Source of the DNA: Selaginella moellendorffii
Lineage: Eukaryota; Plantae; Lycopodiophyta
Length of the DNA stretch: 64,000 nt
Reading direction: 5' to 3'
Assembly (NCBI RefSeq): GCF_000143415.4
Contig: NW_003314273.1
Coordinates: 506,074-570,073, forward strand
Part shown: positions 26,039 through 38,900 of the stretch, one piece after another
Position numbering within the stretch: position 1 is the first letter of the stretch
How the letters are laid out: each line of letters begins with the position of its first letter
Position numbers and translations under genes: made by a program
Notes under the pieces: generated by a model
The model's input: only the letters and a program-made list of their open reading frames with translations
What the model was told of the DNA's origin: nothing
Databases searched by the model: none

Positions 26039-27548
26039 ACTACTTGAAGCAAAGTTTGTTAAACATTTCTACTGCATATAAATGAGATAATAGCAATGTT
26101 ATAATTCTCATTATTATCCATATCTAGAGTATAAAGTGGATGATTGGTATTTGTTTATTTTTCCAAATTTATAGTATATAATTTACCTAAAGGGCTCTTT
26201 GCTTAGTAGAAAGGATTGTATCAAGTGTTGTGGCAAGTTAGATTCCAAATTTATGATCATCACCAATTTATGTCATCATTGTGGTGAACTTGGATATTAT
26301 AAAACTGATTATTCACAATTAAAAAATAAGTAACAAAGAAAAAAGAATAGTTAATCTTTTATTAGCATTAAGTTGAATATTAAAAAGTTGCAAAATTTGC
26401 AAAGTAAAGATGACAAAAAAGACTATTCTGATTAAAGGAAGAGACTTTTAATCACTATTTGATAACTCAACTATATGTAGAATAATTAAAGGAACCTCAA
26501 GAGAAGGCATAACATAGTTTATGCAAGGTTAAATATCTTTATCTTTGTTATTTAGTGCTGGGTCATAACAGTGTATTATTTGAAGTTGTTGAAGTTGGGA
26601 AGCTAGACAACTTGCATCCCTCATAAAGCATTGTTTGTAATACATAGAAATACTATTCTTCTTTATTCAGAATTCAAGATTGCTTTTTTAGTGGGATATG
26701 GCTGAAATCAAATATCTCCTTGAGACCGAAAATAAGTTTCTCTGCATCTTGATCTCCATCTGATGACGATTCTTCCACCATATAAACAACAGCATCATCC
26801 CTAATATTGTCCTCGAACTCCACATGCTCTCCATCACTAAAAACAGCTTCTCCTCCTTCCTCTGAACCACCTGAGCTTGACGATGAACTCAGAATGGACT
26901 CATAAGATGTTGTATCTAAAAAAGAACAAATAAAAAGTTTTGTGTCTGCTAAATTCAATGTCATACAACAGTTTCAAAAAGCAAATTGGTGGCAGAAGTA
27001 TGTGTGCTTGGTAACAAGATGCAGCTCAACAGCAAACATGACCAAAATTTACTTGCATTTTCCTGCATGACGTAAAGCATAAGCTTTAAGGAGAATGATA
27101 GAGAGCACTTACCTTGTGAATTCAATGCTCTTCAAGTTTTGTCATGTCAGGAAGTTTGCATGTTAAGAATGGCACATCTAGGGTAAGCATCTAAACATTC
27201 ACCAACAAAGAAAGCACATAAAGACTGTACTTACTATAGCTACCATCTCGTTTCTTTGTTTTCTTCTGGAAAGTTTACTGAGGTCAGATGGTATCCAGTA
27301 GCTGGTTTGATGAGCACTCTCAAGCTGGAAGCATTAGAAACCAGCTCCAGGGACTTGTTCCAGACTCAAGTCTAGATATTGAGAGATGAGAATGTGTAAA
27401 CATCTTCTGCGATGCAGCCTGTGAGCTGGTTCCAGCGTGCCTGAGTTTCAAGAGCCAGGGCGCTGCCGAGAAATGTAAACGAACGCATTAAAGTGAAATA
27501 GATTTAGTAAGGGTTAGGGCATTAAAGGCATCTTGCAAAGGGCAAGCT

Positions 27549-29339
27549 ATGGCGCGAACAGAGCAGGAGCGCAGTGGATGCGTCACAGGTTTGTGGTCTC
27601 TCTTTCGACCAAAAAAGGCGCACAAGGGCGACAACAAGGTCCACCCGGAAGCCATGGACGCGGCGGCCTCGAAGCTGAAGGTCCAAGATCGTGTCTGTGA
27701 GGCCGTCTCGGGAGAAGCCATGGACGCCGCCGCCTTGAAGTTGAAGGAACTCAGGCACGAGGTGAAAATCGTCTTAGAAGCGATACGACAGGAGCGAGGG
27801 CACAAGGAGCTGATCAAGCCGATCAAGCCGGAACAAGAGAAGGAGGACGAAGAGGAGAATCAAGAGAAGAAAGCGGAGCAGCTGAAGGAAGAGAAGAAAG
27901 CCGAGCAGGTGAACGAGGAGGAGAAAGAAGCCGATCAGATGAAGCCGATGAAGCTGGAAGAAGAGGAGGAAAAGGAAGCCGAGAAGCAGCTGAAGGAGGA
28001 GGAGCAAGAGAAGAAAGCTGAGCAGCTGAGCGAGGAGGAGCAGGAGAAAGAAGCCCATGAGACGAAGGAACTCAGGCGCGAGGTGAAACAGGAGCAAGGT
28101 CACAAGGAGCAGCCGCAGCTGGAACGAGAGGAGAAGAATCAGCCGAATCAGCCGATCAAGCCGATCAAGCCGATGAAGCAAGAGCAGGAACAGGAGGAGG
28201 AGCAGCGGATGAAGCCGATGAAGCAGCAGCTGGAACAAGAGGAGGAGCAGATGATCAAGCCGATCAAGCAGCAGCTGGAACAAGAGGAGGAGCAGATGAT
28301 CAAGCCGATCAAGCAGCAGCTGGAACAAGAGGAGGAGCAGATGATCAAGCCGATCAAGCAGCCTCTGGAACGGGAAGACGATCAAGAGAAGATGAAGCAG
28401 CAGGAGAATGACAAGGCCAAGCAGGAGGAGCAGCGACCCAAGCCAATTCTACTGCCAGCCGGGGGTCGTCGTCCAGGTATGGTTCCTTTTGCTTCTCGCA
28501 TTCTTCTTCTACTGTGACTCACGATGGCCTTCTGGACTTGCAGGTTCCAGGCCGAAGATGGTTCGCTTCTCTTCCTCAGCGGAGGACATTCTTCCCGACG
28601 GCACCCGACGGCGGAGTGAAACCCATCTTAGCGATGGCCGAGGGGGCTATGTTGAGTTCGCGTATCTCGAAGCTTTCCACAAGGCAAACCGGTGGCTAAA
28701 CCAGAGGGGAAAAACCGAGAAGAAGATCCGCAGCTTGGAAGAGGAAAAGCGCGAGGAAACAGAAGAGGAGAAGCACGAGGAAAAGTCTTGGAGTGTTAGC
28801 GCGCTCCGGATTCTGATCAGACTCACCGAGCAGCTTTACGAGGAGCTCAACGGCAAATCCAGCGACCGAGAGAGGATCAAGCGAGCGCGGAAGATGATGA
28901 GGCTCCAGAAAATGCTGGATAGGATCCCGAGTGAGAGGAAACCGTGGAAGAAGCTTCAGTCCGGCGAGGTGGTCTTCGTGAAGGAGGCAAAAGAACTATA
29001 TGATCGTGCGGGGAGAGATTTTGTTGCCGAATTCAAGAGGAGACAGGTAAGTTTGATATACCTTCCAGATTCCAGATGGCCGTTTGCTAATAACTTCCGT
29101 GTTTGTTGTAGAGAGCTGAAGTGAACGATGAGTGTTTGTTTTGTCGGAACCATGATGGCGAGAAGATGATCGGCCGGGCTGGAGCGAACTCTAAGACGAC
29201 TAGACCCTGGGTTTACCTGAGAAGAGAACACGAGCAAACTGTTCTAAGCACGTCGAAGAAACGAGAGATGAAGTTGGCTCCGAGCTCGAGAAGTTGGCTG
29301 CAAGGATTGGTCAACTGGAGGCCAGTGCTCGGACTCTAG
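27549..29339 (+). CDS. Coiled-coil protein copy 2 (30 aa longer by VNTR expansion)
   Basis: Near-identical to 3988-5688 plus two extra 45-bp units. Confidence 0.6.
28221..28355 (+). repeat. Coding 45-bp tandem repeat x3 (KQQLEQEEEQMIKPI)
   Basis: Three units here versus one at 4660-4704. Confidence 0.9.
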
Positions 29340-32300
29340 CATCGGAGAAGCCAACTCTCAAGAGTCAAATCCAGAAGTTGGATCTCCAAGCAAGTTGAGC
29401 AGCACAGGAGGAGGCCACTAAAGCTATAGACCAGTTAAGTCGAGAGAAGATCGACCTTCTCGAGGACTCGACTCCAAAGATTTGCAACTGTCCAAGACGT
29501 GAAAGCAGTGCGTGACAACCGTGTCTCAGGGCTCCAGGCGGAGAAGTCCATCACACTTCAGGCGTCTAAACAGGCCAGCGACCAGCCTCCACACTCTTCT
29601 AAGTCAAGAGAAGATCAATGGATCAAGTTTGACTACACTCTACAGTGTCTGGAGCAAGGAGGGATCTATCTTATCAGCTTTCCAGTCGACGGAGATGAGA
29701 CAGGAGATACTGCTGCGGTATAATGTTCACAGCTTGAAGGAATAGTAGCAAGGGAACGACTGCAACGAGATGGTGATAGCGAGAATATGATATAGCTGAA
29801 GCTGCTCGTGACGGTGGGGGTATTCGGATTCACAGAGAGGGCTGCAGAGACTATAAGACAGACTACACTCGACGTTCTCTGTCATCTGGTAGAGCTCTCT
29901 AGTTGACGGAGACTTTGAAAACGGGTCAGGGCTGTCCAGGAATGCTCGTACAGCCGCTCGGATGAAAGTATCAGCAAAGAACTCAGTGTCAGATTGCTTC
30001 AAGGGAAATCAAATCCAAAAGTTGGAGCGGGAAAACTCGGAGCTGTGGCCAAATATCCAAGCAAGTCGAGCACCACAGTAGCAGGTCACTAAAGCGTCAA
30101 GTCTGAGCTAAAGACCAGTCTCCACACTCTAAGTCAAGGGAAGATCAACGACTGGAATTGAAAGTTTCGGAAGATGGTGGCCGAGATGGAGAGTCGAAAG
30201 CGGCGGTTGACGAGGCTCCAGGCGGAGCAGTCGGCTGGAAGTGCAGCAGAGTCCATCAAACTTCGGCATCTAAACAGGCTAGCCCGCCTCCACACTCTTC
30301 TAAGTCAAGAGAAGATCAATGGATCAAGTTGGGCTACACTCTACAGTGTCTGGAGCAAGGAGGGATCTATCTTATCGGCTTTCCAGTGGACGGAGATGAT
30401 TCAGGAGCGCCTGCTGCGGTAAGGCTGTCCATGGTAGTAGCGAGGAACGACGTAAACCAGTGTCAGATGGCTGCAAGATGGCGAGAAGACGATATAGCTG
30501 AAGCTGCTCGTGACTGGGGTTTCGGATGGCTGCAGAGACTATAAGACAGACTACGCTAGACGTTCTCTGTCATCTGGTGGAATGAGGGAAGTGTTCGGAC
30601 AGGAGTTCTTGAAGGAGAAGCCCCAGGGGATAATGGCTGACGGAGTCGAATCCGCTGCACGAGGTGTAGCTCTCGGCGAGAGCACGTGATGGCGGAGTTT
30701 GGAAGTGCAAAGGCGAGGCTGGAGAAGCAAGTAACTGGCAGCTGATGGAGAGGATCACGGGACTCGAGGCGCTGGAGGAGAGAGAGACGTGCCAGATGCA
30801 AAGCAAAGCTTTGGGCGAGGAGCTCTGAAGGATGAAGAAGACAAGCCGAGGAGAACCGATGTGAGAGCAGAGGTTTGACGGATCAGATGGACGCTACATG
30901 CGACAAGAAGGAGCATCTGGCTTCGCAGGAAGCTGTGTTTTTGCATGCTTCCGCTCAAGCTTCTCAGCACGATCCAAGGCCTGAAGTGGCGGAAGCATTC
31001 CCTAACTGCCAGAGGTTCTAAGCACGTCAAAGAAACGAGAATGGAAGTTCAAGAAGTAACCAGCTCTCGAGAGTCAAATACAGAACAGAGGTGCAAGCCA
31101 AGTACTGACAGCTCGAGCAGCGCAGGGAAGCAGTAGCAAGCCTCCAAAGCGCCAGAGACCAGTCTCCACACTTCTAAGTCAAGAGAAGATCAACCTCTTC
31201 GAGGAGATATCCTCCCTCGACTCCAAAGTTTCGGAGATATCTTGATCAATCGGGAGATAGCAGATAATTTTGTCAAGATCTGGGCTTCTCAAGCGGAGCT
31301 CACTGAGACGGTGCCCGAGATCGGAGCAGTCAGCCAGCCGAGTGGAGAAGAGTCCATCAAACGTTGGTGTGAGAACAGCGAGATGAAGGAGAAGATGAGA
31401 TGCCAAGACGGATCAAAGACAAAGCTCTCTAGTTGATGGAAACAGGACGAGAGCTTCAATGCTGTCCAGGATCACTCTTACAGGTGCTTGGATGATAGAA
31501 GATGATGATGGCAAGATGATCTCAAACTCGAAGAAACTGCTTGTGGCAGTGGAGCCAGAGGTTCGGCTTCACAAAGACTGAAAAACGGCTGATGTTCGCC
31601 CCTGACATGCGGAGACTACAAGAGCTGGAGCGAACTCTAAGACGAAGCAACAGTCATAAAGACAGAAGATTGGACGAGTTTCATGGAACGTGGAAGCTGG
31701 TGCAAAGCGATTCAGAGGTTCAATGGCCACCTTTACAATCAAGAAATGTGGACTGAGGGTACGTAGAGTCATTCGTTTTTTCCTCTTCCATTCATTTCAT
31801 CCGTGTTGTTAAACAGAAGAAGCAAGCTGCAGCGACACACAAATTGTGATGGTAGCTCCTTTAGTATCAGCAACAAATCCTATGGTATTTTTTTGCTTTT
31901 TAATTTTCTCCTCTGGTGGAATATCTTCTGAGCTCCAACTTGGTCCAGATCGTTGGAGGCCGTCTCTTCGAGACTAAATAAATAAAACATCTCAGAGACT
32001 ACGCTAAGGAGCTGCTTATTCTGGCCAACTTGTGAGTAAATAACCTTGAGAGATTATGTTTCTTTTCTATTTGGAAAATAGTCTGACTGCCAACTTGGTC
32101 CAGATCATAGGAGGCCCAATTAGCATAATTATGCCTAGTTAGCATCATCCTATTATATACATTGGGCATATATTGTAAAATATCATAAATGTGGCTTCAG
32201 GTATCAAAAAATACTTGTTAACCAGTACTTTTGGACATTCTCTCTTTTGCCATAAAGGTTGATATAGTTGGACCACTTTATTATTCTTCCCTCTTATGTT

Positions 32301-32414
32301 AGTGGAGTTAATTGGACATCTTAAGTGTACTTAAACTAAACAAGCATAAGGATTGAATTTTTTATATATTATTAGCTAAATATGTTGTATGTAGCTAATG
32401 ATAAGAACCTTCAT

Positions 32415-32960
32415 GTGTTGAGTCTAGTTCCTCAATAATGCTTTATGATAGCTTATTGTGTCCACCAAACAGCCTCACTATCATACTTCATATATTAGTT
32501 CCATTCAGTCTTTTGTGCTATTTATAGTAAGTGGTTAAATCTGTCTAAAATGCATATCTATGGAATCTAGAGTGTCATGAATCCCATGGTGTTGTTCCTA
32601 CATCCCAATTCACAATTTAATTCTATTCTATATCTAGTAAATTTTCAAATCCCATAAACTAGTTTTTGAGATTGGGGTGAAAGCCTAAAAGCATGCATTT
32701 TTCTAGGGTAAGGGATGAGGGGTTGTGGGGGGTTCTAAATATATAGTAAAGATAGTATTTGGAAGCATTATTGACCATCTAAAATATTAATTTGGCTCAT
32801 GCTAGGTTGTATTGCTCATGATTTTGTGTTTAGCTTGGGAATAATCTCAAGTTCCATATTGCTCTAATCAGTGGGGTATCCACCTTTTTGTTATAGGCCA
32901 CCAGTATGCCAGAATTGGGCTAAACACCATCTGATACTATTTTACATGCAAACGTTGGAT
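32415..32960 (+). mobile_element. Older diverged LTR relic of the same LTR family
   Basis: cctcaataatgct..atgatagcttattgtgt..ccaaac and ttggggtgaaagcc match the solo LTR at reduced identity. Confidence 0.65.
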
Positions 32961-35900
32961 ATGGGGAGTTAGTGTTCGTAAAAGATATTAAGTGTGTACC
33001 AAATCTTCATTTTGTTGCACAAAGGGTTTGGAGTTTGATATAAGCTATAAATATTTTTTTTCTAATTTGCCAACTTACCTTTTTTATTCGACCACGTTTG
33101 CTTTGGCATTAGTTAAGTTCCCTTGCCAAGGTCCCCACTTATTATACCATCTTTTACTTGGTCCTACTTGGATTTAGCTTCCTCACTACACAAGTAATGA
33201 AGTGTTAGCCATGCATCTACAGATTCGTAATATTTCTCTTAATCCCTCTCCTCAGGTGAGTTTGGACTTAAGATTTAATTACAATCCCTATAACCACAAC
33301 CAGCTAAACACACAAAGCCTCTAGGTTTTTTATATGCCTAGGTATAGCAAAACTTAATCACAAAACCTTCTAAATCCCAAGACTTGGGTGCATTTCTTGT
33401 TTCGAGTGTTGCAACACAAATTTATTGTTGCTTATCTTTACGTCACATGTTATAGCCAGAGAAACCACTCTTACTCCCACTTCTACCCTTGCTCCTATTT
33501 TTACTTCCACTTTTACTTCTACTCCCGGTCTTACTATTATTGTTGCTCCCACTCTTACTCTCACTCCTACTCTCTAGTTACAGGTATGGGTGTTTTGAGA
33601 GATAGGGAGAGGAAATTTTGATTCTCAAAATATTCCAAATAGTAAAATTCCACAAAGGCTATATCAAAGGTCCTCCCTATTTCCTCTGGCAATTAAGTTT
33701 GGAATTACGGTTTTGTGAATTTGTATGTGAGGGATGGATCCGTGGTTAGGGCTGAAAGATGACCTAAAACTTAGTGAACTCAACATGAATAAGTTAGTTT
33801 AGTTTTCTTGAAAGAATGGAGAGTTTGTTTTAGGAAATTGAGAGAAATCTTGAGTTCTAGGGGTTAGATTTATATTCTTAGAGACCCTAGGACCATTAGG
33901 GGTTTCAACTTCCATGAATTTAGAGTGTAAATTTAAAGATTTTTCTCGTTCTTACATTAATTTTCTACATTACTTCTTTCCACTTGGTTTTCTAGTGATT
34001 TCTCATTATTAGTATATTGATTCTGGTTTTTCTTTCTTTGGGTCGATGCGACTTGGCATCCTCTTTCCAACAAGCTAAAGAGCACCTTGTTTTGTGGAGG
34101 ATTTAATTGCTAATTTAATGAAATTTTATCCATCACAGTCCTCTGTTTTTCATAGCAAATCTTTCAACACTCTAAGCTTGTGATTTTGGGACTGATTCAA
34201 GAATTTTTTTTTCTGGACATGTAAATCTAAAGACAAGCTTTTTTTAGTGTCCTTTCTTGGTAGCCAATTCGCTTTAAGTTATGACATGGAGTAGTTTTTC
34301 TCTTACGGCGCTTCATAGCTCAAATTTGCAAGTTTCTAGCTTAATCTTGAGGGAATTTGAGGCGTCGTTCTCATGGAAATCATTACAGCCATGTTATTAC
34401 CTTTTACCAATGTTAAAAATGAGTGTTTCTTGTACTAGGGAGTGCATTTTCTTTTGTTTTCTTTCTTATTGTCTAGAATTTAATGTTTGAATCAATTTTT
34501 TTTTGAGATTTTAGGCATTTTAACTCATGGTTTTGGTTTCATTCTCTTGGTTTGAGTATAAACTTTTAAACAAGTCCATCCACACCCATTTTTGTATGCA
34601 AAGTCAAGAGATTTCCATGCAAATGTTTTCCTCTTAAGCATTTTGAGTATTGGAGTTTAATTGTTTCTATTTTCCCCCTTTTCTTTGCAATATTTTTTTC
34701 TTTTGTCATGAGAAATTGGCATTTGCAAGGGTGAGAGTGATTTTATTTGGGAAAATCTACATGAGGATACTCTTTTATTTGGAGTTATCCCATTTAGATA
34801 CTTTACTCTCACACAAGTCAAAGTTCTTTGTGCGTTGTATTTTCCACAACCTGGCATCTACTGCACAGTGGACATTTTATACTAGTTCACACTTGTTCCA
34901 GTTAGAGATGGCAACTAGCAAACTTCCATACAGTGCCTAGGGTATGGGGACATTTTTCACATCTTTTACGAGAGCTTGATTATCAAACTACTCTTTTTGA
35001 TAAGGAGGATTCATCATTCATTACAGATATCGAGTCAGGGAGTCCACCATCCATGGCTCTTCCTACATAAATCCACATTCTACAGCGAGGCACCGACTTG
35101 ACATACTTATCTGGCAATGGCGACATCTTTGCCAATACACATGTCACTCATTTTGAGCAATATTGCATGTCAAATGGCATCATCGAGGATGATCACAAGC
35201 TTTGTGACTTCTTGCGATCGCTCACTAGCCGAGCAGAAACATGGGTAGAGACACTCTTGGAGGTAGATATGGCTGACAACTCCACATTCAAAGCATCTTT
35301 CTAAGGTCACTTTGATCAGCAGTGACCAACAAATCGCTTACTCATGGATTTGTTTGTTTTTTGGCAAGGAGCACGTGAATCTGTGCTAGAATATATGATG
35401 TGGTTTAGGTTTTACTAGAAGGAGTGTGTCCTCATCACAAATGAACCTCATGGCATCACTATATTCATCTTTGGCCTCAAGGGAAATCTCAAATGCAAGA
35501 TGCTTAAGCGAGAGTTTTGGATGTGTTATGAGGCATTTGCTGTAGTAGAGACTTTGGAGTGGGATCTTCTCCAACATCTCAAGATTCCTAGGGTAGAGGA
35601 GATTTTCCTCCCACCTTCAGATGAGAGTTCATGTGCTACCATGATCCATTCTTCTCCAGCCCCACACAGTGATGATAGAGTTCCCTTAATGATCGAGAAG
35701 GCATTGTCGAAGTATGCAAGATACAAGGAGATTATCTAGTAGCAATAATAAATGCAAGAGAAGCTATTTGAGGAGCTTAAAGCATGCTGCTTACAGTAGG
35801 CAGGGAGACTAAGATGCCCTCTTCGTTCTTGGTACTACTCGCATTGTAGTGTTATGATACACAGCATAAATAGATGTTGGAAGCTTCATTTAGAACTTCG

Positions 35901-38900
35901 ACCACCTTTTGTCCAGCATGTTGAAGAGTAACTTCTACCAGACAACATATTTCTTCCATGGCTAGAGATAGATACCAGCAACAATTGGAGTAGAAAGCGA
36001 TCAAAGACACCCTTTCGTTGAGCTATGGAAACACTGATGCATGTCAACATAGTTTATGTTGTAGAGGACGGTTATAAGATGGCTGCTATGACTCAAGGGC
36101 GCAAGAAGGTTTCTCCTTTAGCCCCAAATATTGATGGTGAGCAAGATCCAGCTCTAGTTTCTAGAACTTCCCCATCTCTCATGGCATGTAAGTTACCCCA
36201 TGCTTCGGTATTTGCAATGCCACCCACATCCTTGGCCACAACTTCAAATCCAACAATTGGATATTCATCCAACTTTCAATGTGGGGTCTCTCAGCTGCCC
36301 TCCACTCTTTCTCAAGTCCCATAAGAAGTTCTTGCTTAAATTGTTGACACTTTAATCTTGGTGAGCTTTTGCAATATATATCTGGTTTTACTCCTTAGCT
36401 AGAGGCTTTGCCAAGTCCACAGGCATCCCCATGGAACATCAGTATAACATCCACATCATCAACACTCATACCACTTATGATCCCAAAGCATTCTTTGTGG
36501 AGGTCCACATCAGCGATAGATCTTTGACAGCACAAGCATTACTTGATTCTAGATCCCAGAGCAACATCATCTCCCTTAACTTGGCACTTTCTAGTGGCTT
36601 GGAAGTGGTGAGAAACACAACTATCATCCTCAAAATGTTTGTCAATCACTGAATTGTTCCTACAAGCATCTGTTGGAATGTCAAGATCTTGGTGCAAGGA
36701 GTGGTTTGTATGCTAAATTTCCTTGTTGTGGACTTCCAACAGCTAGGATTTAGGAAGCTGAAGGACTTTATTATCTTAGGACGGACTTACATGACAATTT
36801 GGGCCAAGGGAGAATCAATGATTACCAACAGTATTTATGTAGCAACTCTTCTCAATACCCATGGTCATTCTTTACTTCCATCTAGCTTGTCTCAAGTGGA
36901 TGCTTCTTCCATTATTGAAGTTGACTAGGCTCTCAAGGTGTTTTTCCTGAAACTTATCGAGGATGACACGCTGTTGGAGATCCAAATTGTTAACTACAAT
37001 ATGATTGACTTCTTCAACATGGACTGGACTACATCAACACTTTTGAGTACACTTTTGACTTTCCAGCTTAGTGACTACACTCTTGGTGGCACTTCTCACC
37101 CCAAACTTGTAGTCCAGCCTTGCTACTCACTTGGGATACGACCATGACATAAAGGTGGCAGGCATTTTCTAGCAGCATCTCGACTTTTCCTTGGAGTTTC
37201 TCCCAACTTGGCACCTCATCTCAGCTCTTCCCAAACTTAGGTTCATGGTTGGATCCCAACTTCATTCTGCTACAACAATCGAAGCATTCTCTGACACTAT
37301 CGACACTTCACTCAACCACCAAATCTTCATCAGCTACACATGATGACTTCCATAGGTCCTTGGGGACACTTTCTACCATCCTCAGGAGGCTCCCATCCTT
37401 CCAAGCAGTTCCAGCATCCTAGATTCTCTTACAGTGACATTATTCACCATCTTAGGCATTTTTGATGCAATCTAACACTTGAGGGTGACTAAGTTAGTTT
37501 CAGTGGCATTCTAGGCTTTTTATAGGATTCCTTGCATCCTCTTGATGCTTCCATCATCATCACCCATCACAGAAGCCACTTGCACTTTTTTTTTTTCTTT
37601 TTTTGTTTTTTTTTTGTTTTTCTTTCTGCTCTCACTCTTTTTACATCTTTTTTCAGGTCAAGGAATTATGTGGAGAAAGTCTCTTTTAATGAACATGCTC
37701 TAGCTGCATTATTGATTGTATAAAAATTTCTCGACTCTTATTGATTTGTGCTTCATTTCTTTAGTTTTTTTCCCTACATTAGTTCCATCCTCACATTTTC
37801 ATCACCATTCTATATCATCTATACTCTAGAATTCTCTACCACACACTACACATACCTAATAATATCTTTCACATTTTCCACCATTCATCATCCATTCATA
37901 CTAGACATTTGTGGACAACACTTCATCATAAAGGCTCTTCCAGATAAGCAAAAACACAAATCAAGATATTCTTATGCACAACATGTGAGATATTCAATGA
38001 ACTAGTCACATACTGCAACTTTCTTCTTTTTAGAACTAATTTCTTCTTCTAGTAGAATAGCCTGATTGCAAAGGGCATCCAACTGCTTTCAAAGGTGTGG
38101 TTAACAAAGGCAACACCCTTTTCTTCTAACTCAAATCATAGGTGAAGCAATTTGCCACCTTTTGAGCAGTAGTCCAGCAGTTTTTGGTGTGAGCAATAGT
38201 TATGACTTCACATTTCACTACATCAGATTAGAGCCCATCCTTGGACACACTCAATCATATCATCCATTTACCAAAATCCCCTATCATCACTTTCTTTCAT
38301 TATAGTTCATCTTCTATTTTATAGTTACCACCATTAGGCAATACAGTCCCTATGCTTTCTTCTTCATTCTCAGCCAAAGTTTTGAGCACAAACTACATGA
38401 ACTTGAGGTTGCATTTGCATATTCACTTTCCAGAATGTTTGAGCTTCTTTCCATTTGGTTTTTTTATTCTTTTCTTCTCATTTTTCCCTCTTTTCCTACT
38501 TTCTTGAGTATCTAATTCAACTACATAGTTTCCTATTGGGTTTTCCTTGTATCTTTGCACTTTAAACTCCTTTCCCATCTTCTACTTTCATCTTTATTTT
38601 ATTTTTTATTTCCATCTCTTGTTTTCTTTCCCATTTCTCTTTGTTTCAGCAATTACCCACTCTAGACACTACATTTTAGCATATGGGAACGTCTTAGCCA
38701 TGGGTTCTTGCGCACCAAAATCTTATGCACCCACCAATAGTTGTTTATTGCAGTACTAACTTATTGCCACCTTCTCTTCGCATCACATGTTGCAGCTAAA
38801 GAAGCAACTCTTACTCTTGCTCCTAACCCTACTCTTGCCCCGCTCCTACTCTTACCTCTACCCCTATTTTTATTCCTACTCCTACTACTGCTCCTGCTCC

